This document shows, one piece after another, positions 44,806 through 54,638 of a DNA stretch of 64,000 nt. Positions within the stretch are counted from its first letter, which is position 1. Each line of letters begins with the position of its first letter. The position numbers and the translations under genes are program-made. A model generated the notes under the pieces. It did not search any database. It saw only the letters and a program-made list of their open reading frames with translations, and was not told the origin of the DNA. Source of the DNA: a virus; the IMG/VR virus record IMGVR_UViG_3300050821_005343, positions 1-64,000 of that record, one strand, 5' to 3'.

Positions 44806-44887
44806 GCGCGCTACGCACGGGTCCAACGCCTCATCCGCAGTGGTGAGCGTGAGCCCTGAGTGATCAGGGCTTGCCAGCGTAGCGCGC
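44806..44887 (+). ncRNA. Putative structured small RNA
   Basis: TTGACA-17-TACCAA promoter; 11-bp closing stem enclosing two hairpins. Confidence 0.45.
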
Positions 44888-44888
44888 G

Positions 44889-45110
44889 CTAACCCGCCTG
44901 CTCAACCTCCACCGCCGCCTGATCACAGTAGAGCGATATGGTGCAGGAGAACGACGTGTTGAACGTCCGGACTGAGCCCACGGACGCCCCCTGCCCTGCC
45001 TTTACGATGATCGGCACTTGCGAGGACTGACCAGTCTGCGGCAGATAGAGGTCCGCAGGGGCGTTATTCGGAAGCTGGAAGAAGCGGACAAAGTCTTCTA
45101 TTGCGGCCAT
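44889..45110 (-). CDS. Small tail protein
   Basis: TAATG-coupled to the hub gene. Confidence 0.65.
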   Translation of the reverse strand: MAAIEDFVRFFQLPNNAPADLYLPQTGQSSQVPIIVKAGQGASVGSVRTFNTSFSCTISLYCDQAAVEVEQAG

Positions 45111-47758
45111 TACGGAGACCCCGCCGCTTCAAGATTAATGGTCTGCGGCAACACCAGCTTCGTCGTCTGAAGCGTGTAAGCGGCCGAGAACGGGCCGTTG
45201 GTCAGTGGTCTCATGGCTAGTTCATACCAAGGTCCGGTTCCCTGCGCAGCGGCGTCGTCAATTGCAGCTTGCACGGCGGGGAAGTTGGCCTCGGTATTGC
45301 TAATTGTGACTGAATTCTGTCCCGCCACGGTGATAGAAAAAGGAAATCCGTTGATCCCATCAAAGACTGCTTGCTGAAAGGCTTCCTCAATTACCAATGC
45401 TTCGGCGTCTAACGAGCCGTGGAATGTGCTGGTTAAGATCGCCTGATCAGCCGTGAGAGGAAACACCAGCCCATCGTCGGTTACCTGCGGGACTGGAGGC
45501 GTGTAGCCGACATCATCGGCCGCTGTAGCCAAAACCGCCCCAGTATAAGCCTGATATCCAGGCTGCGCGTAGCCAGTGCCCGCCGTGTATTGCGGCGTTC
45601 CGGCGGTGAACGAAAGATGGTCTCCGAGACCAATCGAGCAGCCGATTGTCACCTGCCCCTTGAAGACGGAGGTATCGCCATTGCCCAGGATCTTGTAGGC
45701 GATGACCTTGCCGCCGGCGACCCCACCTGGAATACGCGGGTCTGTTATCGTTGCGTTCACCCGGCATGACATAGTGACCATTTGCGACATGGGCGTTTCC
45801 CACGACGCCGTCACCGCACGCGCGCGCTTGCGCAACTTCGCCCTAGCGCGGCAGATCAGATTTTCTCTGCTGATCTTTCCCCGATCAGTCGTAAAATAAG
45901 CGCTCGCCCCCGTGAACCCCGGCCAACCGCCGATGGGAAGATTTACCCGGCCTATGTTTGTCCATTTAACAGTGCCGTCGGTTGTCACCGACCCAGGCGT
46001 CTCATCGAAGGTTGTATGAAATTCCCCGGTCTGCCCCGCCTGGGTGGCGATATACATGAACGCGCCGGTGGGGTTGGTGAAGGACTGGAAGGTCGCGGTG
46101 GCAGGATTGCCAGGACTGTCAACAGGGCCGCCGGCCATGCCGCCCTGAGTGCAGTCGAACATCAGTCCGCCAGGAACCGAAAGCCCATGAGAGAAGAGGT
46201 CGAACTCCGAAACCAGCACGCCGACCGGAGGCCAACTGAGTAGGCCTGGAGCTATCAAGCTATCCAGATCCTTGCCGATCATGGGCAACGGAACCAACAA
46301 AGTTCCAAGTCCAACATTGACTAGCCGGTTCCAATCTCCTGCCGACTCCGTTGGAGGAGTGCTTCCCAAGCTCGCCCAGATGACGCTGCCGTCGTTGGTC
46401 GTAGCCCCCGCGATATTTGAGAAGATGGGCTCAATGAGGCCCGCAGTACCCGCCTGAACCGCAATCTGTGTCGACGTCTGCCCTGGCACAAGCGGATTAT
46501 CGGGAAAGACCATCTCGCCGAGCGAGACCGGCTGTCCAGCAACGCTCGACCAGTTTAGCAAAGTCAATTCAGGCAGCGAAAGATTGCTGCTCGAAAGCGT
46601 TATTTGCTCTGTGTCCTCCGTCACCAGCGGGTCGGTGATGATCGGCTGTACGTCAGATTGTAACGTAAGGAACATCCACTCAGCGCGCTTACGCTTGGCC
46701 TTATAGATGATGCTTAAGTGATAGCTGACATTCCAACTCGCCGCCGTCATCTCGACCCAGTGAACTTTCGCTGGGATGTTGATCGGCGCCGGATCACCAT
46801 TGGCATCTACGGCATTGGGGTCGATGATGCCAACGACGTCTTGAAGGAATACGGTCTTGGTGATGCCGGGGATCTTAACGGCCGGATGGGAGTAGGAGAG
46901 CGACTGCGACATCACGTCGCCGTTATGATGGTGCTTCGCTAGATTCTGATAAGAAAATGTATAGGCAACATTACCCAGCGTGCTCGCCAACCGGAGCAGG
47001 GAATCCGCGTTGGCAGCCCAGCCGACGCCGACCGTGTATCCGCCGCCCAGTCCAGACCCCGTCTTGGGCCAATCCGAAATAAAGCCCTCACCCGTGTATG
47101 TCGTCATAGCGCCGGAAGTAACGGGGAAATTACCCTCGTATTCCTGGTCCCAGGTGACATTGGCTGCGACATTGACCGCAATCAGGGGCGGCTGGTCGAG
47201 ATGGACCTTGACGCTATCGTAGAACGCCGTTCCGCCGCCGAAGTTTATCGTCCCATCCTCGCCTATGAGGATGTCAGAGGCGGTTACATCCAGGCTAATG
47301 CGGTCGATGTGGTAGAGGGACGACCAACCTTCGAGGATGGTGTCAGGATCATCGCGCTTGGCTAGGGGAATCCATATGGGGTCGTAGTAAGGTGCGACTT
47401 TGAGTGTCTCGGCGACGAGTTGCTTGGCTTTAATGTAGTTGGTCGGCCGGGCGATGAATTTCATTTGCACGGTTTGATTGACTAGATCAGTTGGAACGCC
47501 AACTAGCCGGCCGAAGAATAGCGGCCAGACGTGCGACGTGGTCGGGTCTTCCCAGGCGAACCATGCCCAAAAGAGTCGACCCGGATTAAGGAATCCCTCG
47601 AATGGATTGGGAACCGTGATCGTCAGAGTGGGAAAGTTGCCTTCTGTGTGCTCGATGACGAAATCAAAAATGTTCTCGTCCCACACCTCAAACTCTGATG
47701 ACCAAATATTCTCAGTGGGTTCGACCCAGTGGAAGAAGAATGGACCAGCCACGGTCAC
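45110..47758 (-). CDS. Tail hub/central tip protein
   Basis: Two genes after the tape measure; PLFFGRLVG.P; repeated T.DG.V.W..+G modules. Confidence 0.75.
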   Translation of the reverse strand: MTVAGPFFFHWVEPTENIWSSEFEVWDENIFDFVIEHTEGNFPTLTITVPNPFEGFLNPGRLFWAWFAWEDPTTSHVWPLFFGRLVGVPTDLVNQTVQMKFIARPTNYIKAKQLVAETLKVAPYYDPIWIPLAKRDDPDTILEGWSSLYHIDRISLDVTASDILIGEDGTINFGGGTAFYDSVKVHLDQPPLIAVNVAANVTWDQEYEGNFPVTSGAMTTYTGEGFISDWPKTGSGLGGGYTVGVGWAANADSLLRLASTLGNVAYTFSYQNLAKHHHNGDVMSQSLSYSHPAVKIPGITKTVFLQDVVGIIDPNAVDANGDPAPINIPAKVHWVEMTAASWNVSYHLSIIYKAKRKRAEWMFLTLQSDVQPIITDPLVTEDTEQITLSSSNLSLPELTLLNWSSVAGQPVSLGEMVFPDNPLVPGQTSTQIAVQAGTAGLIEPIFSNIAGATTNDGSVIWASLGSTPPTESAGDWNRLVNVGLGTLLVPLPMIGKDLDSLIAPGLLSWPPVGVLVSEFDLFSHGLSVPGGLMFDCTQGGMAGGPVDSPGNPATATFQSFTNPTGAFMYIATQAGQTGEFHTTFDETPGSVTTDGTVKWTNIGRVNLPIGGWPGFTGASAYFTTDRGKISRENLICRARAKLRKRARAVTASWETPMSQMVTMSCRVNATITDPRIPGGVAGGKVIAYKILGNGDTSVFKGQVTIGCSIGLGDHLSFTAGTPQYTAGTGYAQPGYQAYTGAVLATAADDVGYTPPVPQVTDDGLVFPLTADQAILTSTFHGSLDAEALVIEEAFQQAVFDGINGFPFSITVAGQNSVTISNTEANFPAVQAAIDDAAAQGTGPWYELAMRPLTNGPFSAAYTLQTTKLVLPQTINLEAAGSP

Positions 47759-48237
47759 ACTTCCTGCAAAACGACTTCCCAGCTATAGGTTGCTGGGTAC
47801 TCCGCAAAGCTGTTCTTGATGTCCATTACCATCATGGTCAGGAGCGGACGATAGAAGGTGAAAGCCCCCTCGACATAGCTCGAGCCGGAGACTTCCGGGC
47901 GGGCGGGAGTTCCGCCTGTCAGGTAGTTCAACTCTGCAGCGCATGCGACGGAGATAATTTGCCCTAGCCATGCATCGTCCAGGGCTGGCGTCTCTACATC
48001 GCGGCATGTGACGACGCTTTGGTACTTGCGAAGCTGAACGGGAAACATGTTGATGAGGAACCCGTTAATATCGCGTCGGATAAAGGTTCCTGCAGCCCGG
48101 CCGTCCCCGTTAACTGTGGCGATCGGCTCTAGGGTCTGCGTCACTCCTCGAGCGGCAAATGGCGTAAGAGTTAGTGCGTGGCCGCTTTCCGGCGCGAAAC
48201 TAAGCAGCGTGACGGGAGGTAGGATACCAGGCGGCAT
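47755..48237 (-). CDS. Distal tail (Dit-position) protein
   Basis: Directly after the tape measure; ARG.TQTLEPI, RR.ING, FYRP.L. Confidence 0.7.
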   Translation of the reverse strand: MPPGILPPVTLLSFAPESGHALTLTPFAARGVTQTLEPIATVNGDGRAAGTFIRRDINGFLINMFPVQLRKYQSVVTCRDVETPALDDAWLGQIISVACAAELNYLTGGTPARPEVSGSSYVEGAFTFYRPLLTMMVMDIKNSFAEYPATYSWEVVLQEV

Positions 48238-51200
48238 CAGGAGCCCCAACTCGGGGTTATGCCGGTCCTAGTCAGCTTGCTCGCTAGCGATGACTGACTC
48301 AGGCTAGACATCATGTCCTCGGTCATCATGGCTGGAACGATTCCCTTGTCAGTAGTGACGTCGAGCGCGTAATGACCGGCGAAGCTGGGGCTGTTGGATG
48401 ACGAGCCGACTAGATTGCTTGCTAATAGCGGTGAATTGTCGCCCAGCATCATGCCGGAAGAGAAAGCGGACCTTTCTTGGCCTATTTGGCCTACTGCCTG
48501 CATCATGACCCCCCCAGACGGCGGAGGCGGGGAACTCCACGGAGAAACCATCATACCGCTCGCAGCAGCGGCGTTCTCTCCCATGATCTGTCCACCAGAT
48601 AGGTAGGACGGGATCGACACCGACCCACCCGCAGCGAAGCCAGCCTCTTCTGTTGTCCTGCCAAGGTGATGGTTTAGACCAGCTGCGGTGCCTGCCTCCT
48701 CGGTAGTCTCGCCGAAGTAGCTAACCATTCCTCCGCCAGCAAAGCCGAGTCTCCCTTCATTGAAGGCGTGCATATTGTCGACGCCGACCTGGGCAACTCT
48801 ATCGGCTTTGATCACGTATTCGCCGTTGGAGACCCACGGAGCGCTGATGCTATCGCTAGTTCCGGTTCCGGGGCCTTGGATGAGGCCGCCTTCTGCAAAA
48901 CTAGGGGGGGGAGTCGGAGGGGGAGTCGGCGGAAGGAGTTCTAGATGTGAATAGAAATCATGTTGTGGTTGCCTTTGCCCAGGTTCCCCGGAGGGTTCAC
49001 CCATCCCCGGTACCTTACTCAACCATTTACCTTCGAAAGAGACCGGAGACGTAAGCTTTCCTACCTCCGGCAAAGTACCTTCATGCCATTTGCCTTCAAA
49101 AAAGACCGGAGATGCTTTTTTCCATGTCAATGGTGCAAAGTTTTGCCCTTCATCCCCCTTATAAGCCTTGGCAAATTGTGCCTGCTCTTTTGGACTAAAG
49201 GGCAAGCTTTTATTATGGTGCGCGTATTCTGCTGAATCGAACCAGGGCGCTTCTAGATTGTTTTTGGAATACCACGTATTTTTACGGTCATCGCTCCAAT
49301 AATCAAAACCTTGTGGCAAAATCGAATCGCGACTGCCTAGTCGGACATTTGGGTGGCTATCTATGCCGTGGGACGCCTTGCCTTGATCAGTTGAGGCTCC
49401 ACTACCACCCCTTCCTGTCGCATCATCCCACCAAGAGCGCACGCCTGGTGCGAGGGCTATCCTGTCTTCCCAGCCCTCTGGAACACGGCCGGCGTTGGTT
49501 GCAAAATTTATCTTACCTTCCGGGAACTTCGCCGATGGCGGCTCACCACCATTAGACGCCCAATTTATGAATCCGTCTGAAGTATGGGGATTGGGAGACT
49601 TGTCCCACCAAGACTTAACACCTGGGGCTAGGGCAATCTTCTTTTCCCAGCCCTCTGGAACACGGCGGTCGTTAGATGCCCAGTTTATTGGGCCCTTTGG
49701 TCCTGGATGTTGATCAACAGTTGAATCCCACCAAGACTTGACGCCAGGTGCTAGAGCAATTTTGTGCTCCCAGCCTTCTGGAACGCGGCCGAAGTTAGAG
49801 GCCCAATTGATTCCGCCTACCCCAGTACCGTTCCCGATGCTCGACGGATGACTCGGCTGCGTTACGGTCGGCGGAGTTGCCGCCACTGATGGCGGCGCTG
49901 CGGGCGCGGATGCTTCGGACGACGTTCCAATCGGCTGCCCCTCTGCTAGGGGTGCTGGAACTGAGGCGTGGATTCCACCAGTAGAGCCACCAGCCGACGC
50001 GGGATGCATGGGCATTAAGGCATGCACTTCGGCGGCGGCTTTAGGCGATAGAATTGTTAGGAGCGCCTCGTCGGCATTCTCGGGAACTTTGCCGGCATCA
50101 GAAGATAAGCTAAACTTTCTCGCCTCGGCTATTTTAGCAATGAACTCATCTGGCGATTTAACAATCTCAGCCGCCAACTCGCCCAAATCAACGACGCCGC
50201 CTTCAGCGAAACCCTTGCGCTGGACATAGCCGCCATCAGCAAAGCTATCGGTCTTGTGGTGAGGATGATCCCACAAGTTAACGGCGTCTTGCGGGACCAT
50301 GGTTGATGGGGCAGCGGGAGGATGTTCAAAAATCTTGGCGTCTGGTAAAATGCCACTGCTCGGCTGCACATCTCCTTCTGCGTAGGACGGACGGCCCTTG
50401 ATATAGGCCATGGTTCTAGGCGACATTTCAGGGTCGGGGCAGTCCCCGTGTCCAGCGTCAACCAAGCCGCCGTCGGCAAAGCCAACGCGACCAGCATTGA
50501 GGTCATCGAGCTTGTCTTTGCCGACTTGGGCTACGCGGGCTGCCTTGACGACATATTCGCCATTGGACAACCACGGCGCGCGAATCGAGTCGCTGGTGCC
50601 GGTGCCCGGTCCGGTGATGTAGCCGCCGGAGGAATGACGTTCCCCAGTAGCGCTTCCGCCCGCGCTCTTAAGCGCCTGAGCCGCCTCTTTAAGTTGGCCC
50701 GCGGCATCCTTCAGGTAGCTTCCGTCCTCGCTTCCCTTGATGGCGGCATTCTTTAGGTCTTCAGCCGCACCCTTAAGTTCCGGTCCTGATTGCTGATTAA
50801 AAAGATCTCCGCCTTGCTGCTTGACGTCGCGCTCCTCAAGCGGCTTGGCAGATTGATTTATCTCCCTTATCTGCCCAACAACAGCGTCAAGCCGGGACTG
50901 TAAAACGTCCGCCTGCTTCTGTTGCGGTTCTGTTAAAACAGCGCCGGGGGTCAGCCCCTTAGCGCGCATTTCCCCCGTGATATCTTCTCTTTGCTGCTGT
51001 AGCGCTGGGAGCTTGGCGTATAAGTCCTGAAGTGGTTTATCCTCACTAATGGCTTGGCGCACACCTGGGGAGAATGCCTTGTCTACTGATATTGCTGCCG
51101 TATTAAGGGCTGTAGATAATGCGTCAGCCGATGCTGCAGCGCCGTCAAACGCCGCTTTGGCTTTATCTGGTATACTAGAGATAACAGCGCCCATCCCCTC

Positions 51201-53237
51201 GGCGCTTTTAACGGCAAACGTATCCAAATGGGAATTTTTTACGGTCTCAATTACCGAACTGCGGATATCCTGTCCCATTTTTACTAGGGAGTCTCGGATT
51301 CCTTCTGCTGATTTTAGATTCTCCTCGCCCATATCTTTGGAGGTTTTTTCAGTCTCCGGCGTTAATTTATTAAATTCCCCCTTCGTAAGGGCGTCCAGAA
51401 TCGGGCCGATGCCTCCCCTCAGACCAAATTGCTGCGCGACGGCGCCTGCCACTCCCTGATTGGCTTCGGTTTGCCCCTGCATAGCGGGCATGGTTACGAA
51501 CTGATGGGCCGCCGAAAGCGTCCCCATCATCGTTCCGCCGCCCATGAATGCCAGCGACCGGAAAATATCCGGAGCGGCAATTTCTCTCCAGTTTACTCCG
51601 CCGCCGCCGCCGCGAATGGCTTCCGCCAATCTGGCTGGGTCTTTCTGCATGGCGTCGGTCTGCGCCCGCTGAGTTGCGCGCAACTCCAAAGCCGCCCGCT
51701 CTTGCGCCTCTTTCGCCTCGGGCATCGCATTGCGCTCGTTCTTCGCAGCGTCTATGCGCGCCTGTTCCTGAGCCTCGCGGGCCTCTGGTATAGCGTCTCG
51801 CGCTATCCTTGCGGCATCCAGCCGTGCCTGTTGCTGCCCTTCTAAGGCTTCTGGAATGGCGTTGCGTTCTTCCTTGCGCGCCGCTTCGCGTACCCTCTCC
51901 TGGCCCTCCTGAGCTTCCGGAACGGCGTTGCGTCGGGTCTTCTGTTCAGTCTCCTCTGCCTCATCTCGGTGCATCTTGGCACGTTCAATGTTGCGGCCGT
52001 CCTCCTTTTCTTGGGCCTTCAGTGCCTCGATGTGGGAGGCATCTGCCTGCCGTTGTAATAGCTGAAGTCGCTGATTATCTTCCGGCGTGATCGGCTCGCC
52101 AAGATACTTCGCCCTAAACTGCAATTGAGCTTTAGTTAAATCAAATTCCGTCTGCTGCTTGGTACGCTCTGCCCCAGGCACCGCATCTTCTGCGCTTCTA
52201 GCGCCAAGCTCCGCGCTTTCAATTTTTCTCTCTGCCTGCTTAGGTAGAGTGACGGCGTCGACTTCTTCTCGCTCCGCCCTGGCGATCCTCATTTCCGCCT
52301 GAGTAGTCAGGTCAGACGAATCGGCCACATCGCGGCGCGACTTGGCAATCTTCATTTCCGCTTCGACGGACTTATCCGCCGAATCGACCACTTCCCGCCG
52401 AGACTTCGCAATTTTCATTTCTGCTTCAACGGGGAGATCCGCTGAATCAGTCAACTTGCGATGCGACTCGTTTATTTTAATGGTGCCTTCTGCGTAATGA
52501 TCAGCAGAATCCCGCACCGTGCGGACAATGTCGCCCCATTCCCCCTGCAGTCGGTTGGTGGTTACGCGGACGACCTGATGCAGTTGCTCCAGGCCCACGC
52601 CGGAGCGGGCGAAAGCTCCTTCAAGATTGGCAAATTGTTGATTATCTAGACCGGCCGCCTTGCCTAGTTCGTTGAATTCAAGGACGTTCTCGCTCATGCG
52701 AGAGGCTAGTTCGTTAAAGAGAACAGCCAAGCCGCCTATGGAACCCGCCACCGCCGACCCTACCGCGCCGACGAGTCCTAGCTTACCGAGGAAGCCGCCA
52801 ACAACAGAACCAGCTTCCTCAACGCTGGAAGAAAACCTTTGGAATCCAACGATGCTGGCTTGTAGAGAGCCAGATATCATGGCTTGGCCGACGCCCTCTA
52901 CGCCGCGCTTAAGAACCTCAAATGACTTATTTGCAATCTCGGCGCCCTTGCCGAGTTCCTCAATCTCCTTATGGCCGCTGGCGGACGCCTCGACATGGAC
53001 GTGTCGTTCTTCGGTGGTCGCCTCGTGACTGACCGCAGCGTGAGCAGGCGATAGAGACGGTGGCCGCCACGGCTCGCTTGCGCCTCCTGGGGAGACGTTC
53101 GCGATGTTAAACGGCTGCGCTTGTTGCGCCTGCTGACCTTGCTTTATCCGCTCATTGATGGCGTCAACGGCCGACAGGACTCCCGACTGCCCTTCGGTCT
53201 GGAACTGGAAAGTAATGATAACGTTGTTGTCGGCCAA
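48237..53237 (-). CDS. Tape measure protein with internal repeats and duplicated C-terminal motifs
   Basis: 1666 aa, largely helical; GPGTGTSDSI...SNGEYV twice; several FAxGG motifs. Confidence 0.85.
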   Translation of the reverse strand: MADNNVIITFQFQTEGQSGVLSAVDAINERIKQGQQAQQAQPFNIANVSPGGASEPWRPPSLSPAHAAVSHEATTEERHVHVEASASGHKEIEELGKGAEIANKSFEVLKRGVEGVGQAMISGSLQASIVGFQRFSSSVEEAGSVVGGFLGKLGLVGAVGSAVAGSIGGLAVLFNELASRMSENVLEFNELGKAAGLDNQQFANLEGAFARSGVGLEQLHQVVRVTTNRLQGEWGDIVRTVRDSADHYAEGTIKINESHRKLTDSADLPVEAEMKIAKSRREVVDSADKSVEAEMKIAKSRRDVADSSDLTTQAEMRIARAEREEVDAVTLPKQAERKIESAELGARSAEDAVPGAERTKQQTEFDLTKAQLQFRAKYLGEPITPEDNQRLQLLQRQADASHIEALKAQEKEDGRNIERAKMHRDEAEETEQKTRRNAVPEAQEGQERVREAARKEERNAIPEALEGQQQARLDAARIARDAIPEAREAQEQARIDAAKNERNAMPEAKEAQERAALELRATQRAQTDAMQKDPARLAEAIRGGGGGVNWREIAAPDIFRSLAFMGGGTMMGTLSAAHQFVTMPAMQGQTEANQGVAGAVAQQFGLRGGIGPILDALTKGEFNKLTPETEKTSKDMGEENLKSAEGIRDSLVKMGQDIRSSVIETVKNSHLDTFAVKSAEGMGAVISSIPDKAKAAFDGAAASADALSTALNTAAISVDKAFSPGVRQAISEDKPLQDLYAKLPALQQQREDITGEMRAKGLTPGAVLTEPQQKQADVLQSRLDAVVGQIREINQSAKPLEERDVKQQGGDLFNQQSGPELKGAAEDLKNAAIKGSEDGSYLKDAAGQLKEAAQALKSAGGSATGERHSSGGYITGPGTGTSDSIRAPWLSNGEYVVKAARVAQVGKDKLDDLNAGRVGFADGGLVDAGHGDCPDPEMSPRTMAYIKGRPSYAEGDVQPSSGILPDAKIFEHPPAAPSTMVPQDAVNLWDHPHHKTDSFADGGYVQRKGFAEGGVVDLGELAAEIVKSPDEFIAKIAEARKFSLSSDAGKVPENADEALLTILSPKAAAEVHALMPMHPASAGGSTGGIHASVPAPLAEGQPIGTSSEASAPAAPPSVAATPPTVTQPSHPSSIGNGTGVGGINWASNFGRVPEGWEHKIALAPGVKSWWDSTVDQHPGPKGPINWASNDRRVPEGWEKKIALAPGVKSWWDKSPNPHTSDGFINWASNGGEPPSAKFPEGKINFATNAGRVPEGWEDRIALAPGVRSWWDDATGRGGSGASTDQGKASHGIDSHPNVRLGSRDSILPQGFDYWSDDRKNTWYSKNNLEAPWFDSAEYAHHNKSLPFSPKEQAQFAKAYKGDEGQNFAPLTWKKASPVFFEGKWHEGTLPEVGKLTSPVSFEGKWLSKVPGMGEPSGEPGQRQPQHDFYSHLELLPPTPPPTPPPSFAEGGLIQGPGTGTSDSISAPWVSNGEYVIKADRVAQVGVDNMHAFNEGRLGFAGGGMVSYFGETTEEAGTAAGLNHHLGRTTEEAGFAAGGSVSIPSYLSGGQIMGENAAAASGMMVSPWSSPPPPSGGVMMQAVGQIGQERSAFSSGMMLGDNSPLLASNLVGSSSNSPSFAGHYALDVTTDKGIVPAMMTEDMMSSLSQSSLASKLTRTGITPSWGS

Positions 53238-53801
53238 CTATTTCACCTTTCCAAGTCTAGTTTTGAAGAACTCGCCCGCCCGCGCCGCAACAGCGCGAGC
53301 GATTTCAAACGTATGGAATTTCTGCGGAATCGTGACCGAAGACTTGCCGAAATACTTAGGTTCTGCGGGCTTCTGGCCAAAGGAGAACAGAAGCGGCGCT
53401 TTCCCACCCCTGCGGTCAACCCGGAATAGTGGGCCATAATCACGCGCCCGCTTGCCGATCGCGTCGGCGGCAAAGGACAAGGGAATCCAAAGCATCGGCT
53501 TGCCTTGGATGGTGGTGGTTTTGGTGAACGTGCTGAAATACGGAACTTGATGGTCGATATCGAGCCGGATGTTGCCGCCGCCTTGGGTGACGTTGGCGGT
53601 GAAGCCGTCTGTCCAGCGGGAACCGAACTTACCGGCCCCCTTGATGTCCTCGCCAGCAGCTTTGATGAAAGCTGTGGCGATATCGTTCGCAGTCGCTCGC
53701 ATGATGTCGCGGGTGACGTCGCCGCCTCGCGCGGTTCCGCGCGAAAACAGCGGCCCGGTGCGCTGTTCCTTGAAGTATGTCCTTACAACGTTATCGGGCA
53801 T
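53238..53801 (-). CDS. Tail/virion morphogenesis protein
   Basis: TI.GKP.LWIPL motif; lies between the chaperone and the tape measure. Confidence 0.65.
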   Translation of the reverse strand: MPDNVVRTYFKEQRTGPLFSRGTARGGDVTRDIMRATANDIATAFIKAAGEDIKGAGKFGSRWTDGFTANVTQGGGNIRLDIDHQVPYFSTFTKTTTIQGKPMLWIPLSFAADAIGKRARDYGPLFRVDRRGGKAPLLFSFGQKPAEPKYFGKSSVTIPQKFHTFEIARAVAARAGEFFKTRLGKVK

Positions 53802-53841
53802 TGTGTTATATGGTGTTTCTCATGCAAGATGTGGAGGTGGC

Positions 53842-54357
53842 ATGAAGCCCAAAAAGCGCATGGACCGGCGCAAGGCGTTAAGCCACATACTCTCGATTTC
53901 CAGCGATCCGGATTTCATCACAGGAGCCAAAGAAGTGCTTGCACGCAAGCCGTTCGACTACGGACTACGCAGCGATAAATCTCAGGTGAGATACGAAAAC
54001 GGAAGGCTGATAGCTATCCGGGTACTTCAATCTAGCTTGTGTTTCTTAGTTATGCTTGCGCTGTGGGCCATCCCGGCACTGGCGCAGCAAAAGTGGTGGG
54101 CATTGGTGCGGGGCGAAGGCGACGTTTTTAGCACCTGCACCGACCATCCACCGGTCGAATCCCCGGCCAAATGGCACGAGGGAGCCTTGGCGAATGGATG
54201 GCCTGCGCAAATAGTTGATCAGGGTGATGAGGTTAATGTTTATACTATCAGCGACGGAAAACAAATTAAGGTGTCTTATTTCCGCACGCAGGATGCCTGC
54301 CATAAGGCTGCTCAAGCCAATATCGACGAGAATGCGAAAATGGACAAGTACCGCTAA
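53842..54357 (+). CDS. Moron: membrane/exported protein
   Basis: GGAGG RBS; internal signal-like segment ending ALA-QQ; two Cys in the C-terminal domain. Confidence 0.6.
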   Translation: MKPKKRMDRRKALSHILSISSDPDFITGAKEVLARKPFDYGLRSDKSQVRYENGRLIAIRVLQSSLCFLVMLALWAIPALAQQKWWALVRGEGDVFSTCTDHPPVESPAKWHEGALANGWPAQIVDQGDEVNVYTISDGKQIKVSYFRTQDACHKAAQANIDENAKMDKYR

Positions 54358-54638
54358 AGCTCCTTCTCCAGCTTCTTGAGTTCCTTTTCCAGTTCTTCCT
54401 TTTTAACTCTCGCCCCCATTGTCGCGGCGGTTATGCCGTCAACGAGGTCTCGGATGCGCCTTCGCTCTCCGAGGAAGGCGTGCGCGGCAAGCTGTCTGGG
54501 GGTAAGTCCGAAGACCCACTCTTCGTCTTGTCCGGCAGCGATGAGGGCTGCCGCGGCCTCTGCGAGGTCGTATCCGGGGCCTTTCCAGTTTCGCCCTTGA
54601 CTGCCAGCCCCAGAGCCCTCAGTCGGGCGTCGAAAGGG
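54354..54638 (-). CDS. gpT portion of the G-T chaperone, reached by -1 frameshift
   Basis: C CCT TTC slippery heptamer at 54632-54638; -1 frame open to TAG at 54354 (…LIAAG....V..LTPRQL…). Confidence 0.8.
   Translation of the reverse strand, partial: PFRRPTEGSGAGSQGRNWKGPGYDLAEAAAALIAAGQDEEWVFGLTPRQLAAHAFLGERRRIRDLVDGITAATMGARVKKEELEKELKKLEKEL

Noticed and set aside
49425-49810. CRISPR-like array or DGR template/variable repeats
   Set aside because: The repeats are in frame and vary mostly at synonymous positions, not adenine-specifically; no reverse transcriptase is in the window.
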